The position numbers and the translations under genes are program-made. DNA of 64,000 nt from a virus (lineage: Duplodnaviria > Caudoviricetes), in IMG/VR virus record IMGVR_UViG_3300042691_006355, positions 268 through 64,267 of that record; one strand, written 5' to 3'. A model generated the notes under the pieces. That model did not search any database. It saw nothing but the letters and a program-made list of their open reading frames with translations, and was not told where the DNA came from. Below, one piece after another: positions 10,103-21,300 of the stretch (positions within the stretch are counted from its first letter, which is position 1; each line of letters starts with the position of its first letter).

Positions 10103-10864
10103 ATGGCAGCAGTAACAGGAACAATAGTAGCTTTAGGTGGTTTGGGTGTTAGCGCAGCTCAAGCTATCGGACAAGGTAAAGCTATGAAGAAAGCTGAGGC
10201 AGCATCTTTAAAGGCAAGCCAAGATCTTAAGGCAATCAATGAGCAAAACGCATTTAAGCAGTTACAGGTTCCAACACTTGGAACTCAACTAGCACAACAA
10301 TCTCAAGCACAAAGAGAGTCTCAAGCAGTAAACATGTTGCAAGGAGCAGGTGCAGAGGGTGTGATAGGTGGAGTTGGACAATTAGCAATGGCTGGTGGAC
10401 AAACAGACTTGCAGAATGCAGCTAGACTTGATGAGTTGAAATTTGAAAGAGATGCCATGCAGGCTCAAGCTCAACAAGGAATCAATTCAAGAAAGCAGCA
10501 AAGAGATTTTGAGATAGGTTTTGGTGAAAAACAAGATGCTGAAATGAGGAGAGCTCAAGCAGAAGCTAATAGAAATGCTGCAATTGAAAGTGCTGTTGGA
10601 TTTGCAGGAAGTGCGTTAACATCTGCTAGTAAACTAGTTCCATTATATGGAAATAAAAATTTAGGTCAAAATGAATTGGCAAATACTCAGTGGACTCCAG
10701 AACAATTTGCTAAGTTTGGCAATGTTGGTCAAAAAGGTGGAGTTAATGTTGGTGATACAACAGATCTTGACTTTGAGTCAATAGGCAATATGTCAAATCA
10801 AAAGTTTAAACAATTTATGAAAGGTCTTACTCCAGAACAAAGACAAATGTTATTTAATCAATAG
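10103..10864 (+). CDS. Putative internal virion (ejection) protein
   Basis: Ala/Gly/Gln-rich helical protein with hydrophobic N-terminus; synteny. Confidence 0.55.
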   Translation: MAAVTGTIVALGGLGVSAAQAIGQGKAMKKAEAASLKASQDLKAINEQNAFKQLQVPTLGTQLAQQSQAQRESQAVNMLQGAGAEGVIGGVGQLAMAGGQTDLQNAARLDELKFERDAMQAQAQQGINSRKQQRDFEIGFGEKQDAEMRRAQAEANRNAAIESAVGFAGSALTSASKLVPLYGNKNLGQNELANTQWTPEQFAKFGNVGQKGGVNVGDTTDLDFESIGNMSNQKFKQFMKGLTPEQRQMLFNQ

Positions 10865-10867
10865 TAT

Positions 10868-12301
10868 ATGGCAACAAGTAGAAATAATTTTGGAACATAC
10901 ATACCAGTTGAAGCTGTTGACTGGGGAAAGGCTATTGGTGGTCTATATAAAACAATAGGAGACATAGGTGAGTCAAGAGAAAAAGAAAAGCAAGCTCTAG
11001 ACCAAGTAATGACAGACTCTCTTAATATAATAAATAACTCTGACATGCTTAAAACTCAGAGTTTAAATGATTATATATTAGCTGGTGCAGAGAATGGTAG
11101 GTCTACAATAAAGTCAGCAAACGATAGATTAAAGTCTGGACAGATAACCCCAAAGGAGTACAAGGCCATAATAAACAATGTAAATACATACTGGTCGTCA
11201 ATGGGTAATAATATGAAAAACTTTGATGCTACAAACCAGGAGATATTAAAGAGACAACAACCAGGTGAGGATGGATCAGCTCCTGCTGGATCAGAGTTTG
11301 AATTTTTCTTATCACAGCAACATGCTAATTTAGCTGATTTAAGAAACTCAATGTATCAGTTTAATCCAAACACTGGAGAGGGATACATGGTAAAGATTGA
11401 CCCTATTACTGGTACACCTAGCCAAGTGATAAATAGTATGTCTATAGCTGATCCATCAAACATTATGGATCAACGATTTGATTTTGAGAAAGAAATTGTC
11501 ACTGCCACTAGAGGTATGAAGCAAGCATATACAATGGAAGATGGGACTGTAACTATAAAGGATCCAATGAAGAATGCTTCAGTAGCAAATTCTGTAGCAT
11601 CTCTAATTACATCATTAACTGGAACGCCAAGGATGACTGCTCAGGCATTAGCTAGATATGGTGACTTTGATTTTTATGAGACTGAAGAACAAAGAAATCA
11701 AATTATAATGTCTGAAATTCAAAATGAAAATAAGTCTAGACAGCTTCAAGGTAAAAAACCATTGGACGAAGATCAAATAAAAACATTTACAGAAAACATG
11801 TCTGCAAAATTGATTCAAGTTACTCTTGACAATAGTAATAAGTACCAACCTATTATTACTCCAGAACAACAACAAGAAGCAGAGGAAATATTAAAAGATC
11901 TAATTGTAGCTCAATTTCCTAAGAGCCAAACTGAGGATGAGCCTAGAGCTCCAAGAAGAAGCTCTGGAAGCGGAAGAAGTAGTATGTCTGTAGATAAAAA
12001 CACATTAAATCTTGCTCAAAGAGTAAAGAGCGCATTGTCTACTGAAGATCCAAACGTAGCTGTAAAAAATTTAAATAAAATAATTGGAGGTACTGATAAA
12101 AGAGTTAAATGGACTGGAAATGAATTTGCTATAGAAGAATATAAGCCAAATCGTAAAGATAAATTTGGTAAACCAAGTCCAGGATGGGAAATCACTGTAC
12201 CTAAAATAAGTTGGGACGCATCTGCTTTTGGACCAGCATTTGGGTACAATAGTACATCAAATATAGAAAAATGGAATGACGCTATTGAATCTTTAAAATA
12301 A
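10868..12301 (+). CDS. Putative internal virion protein
   Basis: 477 aa helical protein; synteny between ejection-like gene and giant gene. Confidence 0.5.
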   Translation: MATSRNNFGTYIPVEAVDWGKAIGGLYKTIGDIGESREKEKQALDQVMTDSLNIINNSDMLKTQSLNDYILAGAENGRSTIKSANDRLKSGQITPKEYKAIINNVNTYWSSMGNNMKNFDATNQEILKRQQPGEDGSAPAGSEFEFFLSQQHANLADLRNSMYQFNPNTGEGYMVKIDPITGTPSQVINSMSIADPSNIMDQRFDFEKEIVTATRGMKQAYTMEDGTVTIKDPMKNASVANSVASLITSLTGTPRMTAQALARYGDFDFYETEEQRNQIIMSEIQNENKSRQLQGKKPLDEDQIKTFTENMSAKLIQVTLDNSNKYQPIITPEQQQEAEEILKDLIVAQFPKSQTEDEPRAPRRSSGSGRSSMSVDKNTLNLAQRVKSALSTEDPNVAVKNLNKIIGGTDKRVKWTGNEFAIEEYKPNRKDKFGKPSPGWEITVPKISWDASAFGPAFGYNSTSNIEKWNDAIESLK

Positions 12302-12304
12302 AAA

Positions 12305-15300
12305 ATGGAAGAACTAAATTCACAATCATCTTTTGATAGATTAATAGATAACACAACCAATCCACCAGAAGGTCTTCCTGATGGATTATATACGTATCCA
12401 GGTGTTGATGCGTTATATAAAAAAGAGAACGGTCAGTGGTTTAAAAAAGTTGGTGGTTCTAGCTATATTCAATTAAAAGATGGAAACGTAGCGGAAAGAA
12501 TCAAGAAGCTAGAGAGCGATGCTGTCGCTGTACCAAAAAAAAGGGAGGAAATACAGAAGTTTACGAACATACAAGACTTCGATGTAATTCAACCAGTAGA
12601 GCAATATACAGATATATTCGAAAGAAAAGAAAATCTACTAGTAAAACCAAAAAAAGAAGAGAAGCCAAAGGACATTAGAATAGTAGATAATGATGGAATA
12701 AAAACTTGGCAAGAACAAAAAGAGGTAAAGGTTCAACAAAAAATTGATCCAAAGACTGGTATTCCAACGGGACCGTCATACTTCGTTAAGTATGAAGACA
12801 TTACAGATCCTGCTAGAGTATCTAAATTAAACGAGTCATACAAGGAGGACGCATCAACAAGCAAAGACCAAAAAGTATTTACTGGTTATCCTGGAAAAGA
12901 AGGTACAGAATATATAATAAACGAAGACAATCTATGGGAAGTAAAGAGACCAGGATCAGATGATTTCTTAGTTATATCTACTCCAGAGTCTGTTACTGCA
13001 TTAAATAATTACTTTAAACAAAAAGCTGAAATATTTGATGACAAAAAGGCTGTTGAGATAAAAAACAAAAATAAAGAAACACTAGACTTAAGGTACAGAA
13101 TAAATAAGGTAGACAGAAAATTAATTCTAGGAACAGAAGAAAATGCACAAGAAGTTCTTGAAAGATTGTTTCCAGAGTATGAGTTTGAACAGTTTGGTAT
13201 AGGTACTGACAACATAAGAGTTAAAAGTAAGTCAAATGAAATAACTATATCTCTAGGGTCAAATGAATCAGACGAAAGCGAGGCATTAAGACTAAGAAGT
13301 TTCTTAAGAGAAAATGCAGGTGACATAGACGAGAGCCGATACAAGGCAATAATGCTACAAAGAAAGCTTGACGCTCAAAATAAAAAGTATTATGGTACGT
13401 TTGGATTTTCTGGTTTACAGACAGTTCTTGAAACTGGTAAACCAAAAGAATTAGGTCTTGAAGAAAAAACAGAAGCGGCAAGAGAGGAGTTCTTAATTGA
13501 CTTAAGTAGCCAATACAAAGACGCTTACTTAAGAACAAAAGACAAAAGTGAAAAAGAAAAAAACGCTGCGTTTTCTGTACTTAAACCAAAAGAAGAAGAG
13601 ATATCAATAATTAATAAATACGCTGATGATGTTTTAGCTCAGGGTAACATATTAATTAAACAAAAAAAACAAGTAGATACAGATATATCAATATTAGAAT
13701 CAAAATATAAGAATGGACTTATAAATGAAGATGAGTATAATCAATCTATTACTGATATAAAAGATAAATTAAAATTAATTAGTGATGAGTCAAATTCATT
13801 TCAAAATAATTTAAAGAACGTATCTCTATCTCAAGATCTTGTAAACAAATCAATTGCAGCAAATCTATTAATTCAAAAGAACAAGGGGTCATTTGTAGGT
13901 GGTATTGCATATAGTGCTGTAGATGGTATACTGTCAATACCTAGAATGGTAGCTATGGCAGACAAAGAGACTAAAGATAAGTGGATTGAAGAAATTGTAG
14001 GTGTAGGAACAACTGAAAGTTATGTAAACTCAGATGATAGGTGGGATATTACTAAGGCTGCATTTCAGATGTCAAGATCACTATCTGCTATGGCAGTTGG
14101 ATCTATAGGAGGTACATACGGAGCATACGCATCACTATATGCAATGTCATACTACGAGATGAAGGATGAGCTAGATCAACTTGACATATCTGGAGTATCA
14201 GAAGGAGACAAGGTGCTGATGTCTGGTGCATACGGATTAATTGGTGGAGCACTTGAAAACTTTGGTTTGAGTTATCTTGTAGGTAAATCTCCACTAAAGT
14301 CAGCACTATCTAACGCAATACTTAAAAATGCATTTAGTCAGATACCTAAGAATGCAAGCAAGGAAATGGTAGAGGCTCAAGTAATAAAGAGCACTAAAAT
14401 GATGATTGCTAAGTATGGTATTACTGCTGCTGGGTCTTCTTTACTTGAAGGTGGTGTAGAAGGAACGCAGAGACTTGCTCAAATGGGAATACAAGAGGTT
14501 TACGATGTAATGAAGGGTTCGGACTACTTTAATAATAAATCTGCTTATGAGGTGTTAGGTGACGTAGCATACGAGTCTTACATGGGATTCTTGGGTGGTG
14601 GAATTGTGGAGACAGTGCAACAATCTGGAAATGTATTAAAAGATGGATCTGCTGCGTTTAAAGATAAAAAACAATTAAATCTTTTAATTGATGCGGCAAA
14701 GACTATGGGTATAGACAAGGCTTTAGTATCAAAATTAAAGTCAGACATACTCAATGGTAATATTAAAAAAGAAGAGGCTGAAAAACAGTTAAATGCATTT
14801 AAAGAAATGCAGGGTAAGATAAAATCAATTCCTGACGACATGTCTGTTGATAATCAAGCCAAAGCACTAGACTTAATACTAGAGAGAGATAGACTTAATA
14901 AAGAGATAGAAGGGAAGGACCCTAACTTGGTTAAACCTCAGTCAGACAGGGTAACCGAGATTAATAATAGTCTGCAAGAATTATCAAAACAAAATGCCGT
15001 ACAAGAGCCAAGCACAGAGGGCGTTCTTCAACGCGAACAAGAAGGAGTTGCAGAAACAGGGGGTGAACGTGGAGGAATGGAACAAGTCGTCCAAGGGGAA
15101 GAAGTTACCAGAGAAGGTAAAACAAAAGCCGTCCAAGAAGAAGTAGTAATAGATAAGCCTGTAATTCAATCAAACTCAAAGACAGAGGTTGATAGAGTTA
15201 AGTCATTATCAAATGATGCTGAGGATGGTGCAACGTTCAACCTAGACGGAACAAAGTACGAAGGTAAAGGACTCATTGTTCCAGTAGTAAGTAAGAACAC

Positions 15301-18300
15301 TACTGCTGAAGAATTAACTCCAGAAATGATATCTGACTTTGTCGAAGAGCACAAAGATAAGATTGGAGACAACGAGACTGTAAAGGTTGGAATTTATAAA
15401 TTCCCAAACAGCAACCAGGTATCTATTGACTTAAATATACTGGCTCCAGAATCTGCTAGAGAACAAGCAATTGAGTTTGGTAAGAATGCAGACCAAGAGT
15501 CATTGTTTGACTTAAGTACATTCGAGAACGTTAAGACTGGAGGTACTGGACTTAATCCAGTACAGTTTAACAATGAGCAGTTTAGAGAGATATCTAAAGC
15601 ATTTAAGGAAGGAAGAGTTCCAGATGTATTTGCGCAACAACCCGTTACTCAAATTGAAGAAGTTACAATAACTCCAGAGACCAGTCAGACTGTTAGTGAG
15701 AGAATTAATAAGGAGACAGATACAAAAAGAAAGAAAGTATTTACTGCCGTTCAGAAAGTATTGTCTGCTATTCCTAATTCAAGAATTATATTGCACGACA
15801 ACACTGATGCATTTGTTGCTGGTGTTGCTAAGTCTGCCAATATAACAAATGACCAGGCTATATCTCAAGGTGTTCAAGATAACAGAGGTTCATATGTTAA
15901 TGGTGACATACATATAAACTTAGAAAAGGCTGGTGTGTCTACAGTATTTCACGAGGCGTTCCACGACCTGTTGGCAAAGAAAGGACTTGAGTCTGGCGCA
16001 TTGTTAGAAATGGCAAAAGGTCTTAAGTCAGTTATATCTGACAAAGCACTTAAGAAAAGACTTGATAACTTTGTATCTAACTATGAGCAGGGAGAAAGAG
16101 CTGAGGAGTATACTACTGAGCTTGGAGCCATCATGGCTGAGGCTCAGAGAGAACTATCTACTACAAAGTTCCAGCAGTTTAAAACACTAGTCAATAAGAT
16201 TGCCAAGAAGCTAGGTCTTCCTGTTGTCTTTTCTGCTGCATCAACTGCACAAGATGCCGTTGACTTTATGAACTCAATGTCTGGTAAGCTTGGAAGAGGT
16301 GAGCAGATTGAGGTTGGTGATGCTATTAAAGTTGATACAAATGAATTATCTATTAAGGCTGAAAGGATAGGTAATTTTGATGTATCATATTTTGAAGATG
16401 CTAATGATTACAAAAAATTAGTAGAAAATGGGAGTGTAGAAAACAATTATGATATAAATAAAATAGCTGGTGAAACTGTAGCTATACATCAACCAGACAA
16501 CATGTTTGTTGGAGATTTAAATTATAAAGGCAAAAATATATTTAAAGGTCTAGGAGGAGTTTTTTATACTTTAATTACTGGAAATGTTTGGGCATCTGGA
16601 TCTGAAACTTCAGCTAAAAATTTAACTAATTTAATAAATAAATCATTAAAAGAATCTACTGATGGTATTGGTAGATTAGTATTAGTTAGAGGGTCTGAGT
16701 CTAAAATGATATCATCTACAGAAGGAGTTAAGGCTGCAATGTCAATAATAGAATTGCTAGTTGATAAAGGATTAATAAATAGATCTGAATTTAGATCATC
16801 ACTAATTCGTGCTGGTAAAAAATTTAATATTGATTTTTCTGGTAAAGATTCATCAGCTGCAATACATAAAGACATTAAAGAAAAATTCATGGATGTTAAA
16901 AATTCAACATTCCAAAAAAGAGGAGATTTCTTTGATGAAGTTATAAATGATTTATCTAAAACTTCAAAAAGTGTATCAGAAAAAGAAAATATTGATAATA
17001 TACGAAAAGAATTAGGTAGCAAAAGAAAAATATCTTTTAGTAAAGATGGTATTAGAGATTCAATAGGTTATATACTAACTGAAAGATTACTTCAAGATTT
17101 ACCACCTAGTCATGTATATGCTGTAATAGAAGTTACTGAACCAGTTACATATGAAGAAAGAAAAGGTCATGATAGTTATCCTTGGGTTTTAAAGTCAAAA
17201 TCTAAACCAAAATTAAAATTATTATCCGACAGGGGTAATGCCGTTAAAGATGGCGTATTTGAAATGATTGATGGATCTGAAGTTACATTTGGTAAACTTG
17301 GACTAGCTCAAAGTGGCATTGGTATTGCAAAAATATCTAAACAAAAAACAAAAATTAATCAAATCAAAGCTCAAAAAACAGAACCTGTTGCTGGAAATAA
17401 ACTATTTAACGAGCCGTTAAAAGATGCCGAGACAATAGCAAAGTCATATATGAAGTCTGTAGGAATGGAATATGTTCCTGTAGAAAAGATAACCAAGCTA
17501 GATGAAAATATTTCAAAAAGAATATCCGATGCGTATGACAAAATGAAAAACGATCCTAACGATCCACAAGTCAAAAAAGCATACGAGGCTATGGCGAAGG
17601 AGACGTTAGATCAGTATGACCAGATACTAGAAAAAGGATATAATGTTGAGATAAATAATAACGAACCATACTCTTCTTCTGAGGACATGATAAATGATCT
17701 TAGAGACAATAAGAGAATGAAAATATTCTCTACTGAGTCTGGTTTTGGTGATGAGCCAATAACTGAAGAACAGAGAAAAGAAAATCCATTGTTAAGAGAC
17801 TCTGGTAGAAAAGATATCAACGGAGAAACTTTATTGGTTAATGATGTGTTCAGATTTGTACATGACTTTTTTGGTCATGCAAAATTAGGCAATAGCTTTG
17901 GTCCAATAGGAGAGGAAAATGCATGGAGAGTTCACTCAGAAATGTATTCACCAGAAGCTAGAAAAGCCATGACATCTGAGACAAGAGGGCAGAATAGCTG
18001 GGTTAATTTTAGCGGAGTTAATGACGCTGTATTTAAGAAAAGAGATAAGGCAAGAGAGCTTCGTAAACAAGGTAAGGTAGAAGAGGCAGACAAAATGGTC
18101 GGAGAGGTATACGAAGAGATGAAATTTGCCGATCAAAAAGTTGGACTACTTCCAGATTTTGCATTTGAGGAAGGAAGACCATCCAAAATAAAAGCACAAA
18201 TAGTAGGTAAAAATGCTAGACTATCTCAAGATGTAAGAGATAATTTACAGATAGCCAGAGAAATGGAAGATAATGGAAAATCTGATAAAGAAATAAGATT

Positions 18301-21300
18301 TACTACTGGATGGGAAAGAGGTGCTGATAAAAAATGGAGATATGAGATAGATGATAATATATTATTTGTAAAGAGTCGTCTTTTAAATGAATTTAAAAAA
18401 ATAGATCAAAATAATATCAATGAGATAAATATAAATAATGTTATATCAAATGAATTAATAAAGTTATATCCAGAAATTAAAGATGTAAAAATAATTTTTG
18501 ATCCAGCAATTAAGGTAGGAAATGCTTCATATAATTCTTCAACAAAAACAATATCAATATCATATGATCCTAATCTAAATGATTTAGCTGCCTCTCTTTT
18601 GCATGAAATTCAACATTCTATACAAGAAATAGAAGGTTTTGCTGTAGGAACTAGTATTTCGAAAATAACTGATTCATTAGGTGAAAAATTAATAAGTGAA
18701 ATAGAAAGTGGTAAAGATGCTGTAATTTACAATAAACTATATTCTATTCTTTCTGGAATAGATACATCAAACAAAATAAAATTAAAATCTGGTATGTCAA
18801 AAATACAGGCATTACTAGATAAATATTCAATAAAAAAATATGGTAAAACAGTTAATGCATCAGCTATTGATTTATATAAAAAATTTGCTGGAGAAACTGA
18901 AGCAAGAAATGTAGAGAATAGAATGAAAATGACTCCAGAAGAAAGGAGACAAACTACATTGCAAGAAACAGAAGATGTTGCTAGAGAAGACCAAATAATA
19001 TTTTTTGAAAATAAAATAAAAGCTCAAAAACAGTCAAAAGAAGATGCCATTCAAGATGCCAAGGACATACACGAAAAGTCATTCAAAAGATTTAAAGATT
19101 CAAAAAGAGCCATAGCAAATGCCGTAAATAATCTTGAAAAGTCAGACTGGTATAGAGACTCTGACGACACTCAAAGAGAGGAGGCAGTAAGAGAGATCAA
19201 AGAATTCTTTGGAGAGAAAATAAAGAAGGCTACATCTGTTGCCAAGGTAATGGGCAAGACCAAGCAGACTGCCTTTGTGTCTGACCTTGCTGCGGCAATT
19301 CGCGACCAAGTTAAGTTACAGGCACGATCATCAAGAGAGACAGCTAAAGATATCAACGATAGACGTAAGGCCCTTGGAGAGTCTATAAAGCAGGTTGTAA
19401 AGAGCTACAAAGGAAAGATAACAGAGAAACAATTGAACGCTATAAATAGAAGAATAGCAAGCGTTAATCTGTTTAACCAGGAAATGGTTGATAGAGTAGT
19501 TGACTACGTGAACAAGGTGATGAGCAATGCAGAGTACGCTGGAAAGGTAAACAATGCATTTGCAGAAAGAAGAGCGATCAGAAGAATGATGAAGTCTGGA
19601 AACATGACAGAGACTGTCGCTGTTGCCAGAGAGTTTGTTCAGATCGATCCGTCAATGGTGGATGACATAGACACGTATCTTGAGATGGCCGCTCAAATTA
19701 GAGGGGCAGTAAAATCATCAAAACGTGTAAAAGACTCAGTATCGTTAAAGCAGATTGTGAACTTTGGAGAGGCATACGAATACATCAAACCAACCCTTGA
19801 AAGACAGGAAGAGATGATGAAAAATATGAGACTTGCCGAGTATAACGATCTAGTTGACTCTGGTGTTATATCTAAAGATATGACGCTTAAAGAAATCAAT
19901 AAGATAATAAATACTATTAGAGATAATGCAGACGCAGAGATAAAGGCAGATGAAGAAGCTGCTGCTATGGATTTTCTAAAAGATAAACTAGGATACATTA
20001 AAACTTTGCTTCGTATATCTCCATTAAAGGGATACAATCCAGTAACTGGAGAACAGATTGAGATAAGCGAAAGACATTCAAATATGATTAATAATATAAT
20101 CAAATCAAATCTAGACGATTTGTCTTTAAAGCAAATGATAGAGATGGTTGATTCTTTAAATAATTTCTATGAGAATGGAGCAGTTGGAGGACTTGAAGCG
20201 GCATACGAGACAATACTAGGAGAACAAAATGCCAAGTCTTTAGAAAAGAAAGGTATTGTTGCAAGACCACTAAAGATGTACTTCAATAAAAAACTTGGTC
20301 AAATATTTGGAACCGAACTTACATCTCTTAACGAACTGTTTAACAGAATGTTTGTTGGGGCTAAGAAAGGTATAGAAGTAATGGCTAAGAGTGGTTTTTC
20401 AGATATTATTATTGGAGCCAATAAAGCTAGAAGACAGATAAAAGAAATACAGGATAGATACGTTAAAGAATTCGAAAAAACTAAAGACTTCTTCCAGATT
20501 GAAAATGTTTATGAGAGAGGTGCATTTGCGTTCTTAAGTAGAAACTTAATTGGAAATGATGCAGAAGTAAAATCAGAGTTTAATAGACGTGTAGACCTGT
20601 TACTTGAAAGTGTTGAGGCATTGAAAAATGGAACGTCCAAAGAGCAAGAAATGGCTAAAATATACGAGAAGGTATTAGATAAGATGGATGTAAAGTCTAG
20701 AGATCTTGATACAATTGCTGGTAAAATGGAGAGTTTTAATAAAGAAGCAACGCAATGGTGGATAAACGAATGGTCCAAGCACTACTCAGACCTATCAGAC
20801 GTGTCAAGATCAGTATACAACACAATACTAGGAAAGGATATAAACTATACCCCAGACAGATACAAGTCAACAACAGAAGGATCAAAATTAGGTATAGACG
20901 ATAACATAGTAGAAAGAAACTCGGCATTCTTAATCAACACAGATTCTATAACAGATACTAACGAGTCTGGTGTTATGATTGCATCAGTTAGACCTAAAGT
21001 CCTACCAAAAGGAAGGTACGTAAGCCTTGACTTTGATATGAATAATGTTGACTCACTTACAGGTGCGCTGGTAGATATAAACACTGCTGGAGCAATTAGA
21101 AGGTTAGATTCATTCTTTAAGTCTAAGTCATTTAAAGCAATTGTACCAACTATTGAAGATAGAAAGATACTTACAGAAAGAGTAAACAAGTATATCAGAA
21201 GATCTAAAAACAAACTGTCTGTTCCTAGCGATGTGTTTAGAAACATTGACAACGCACTGAATACTGTATCATCAGTAGGAACAGCGTTAGGTTTAGGTGG

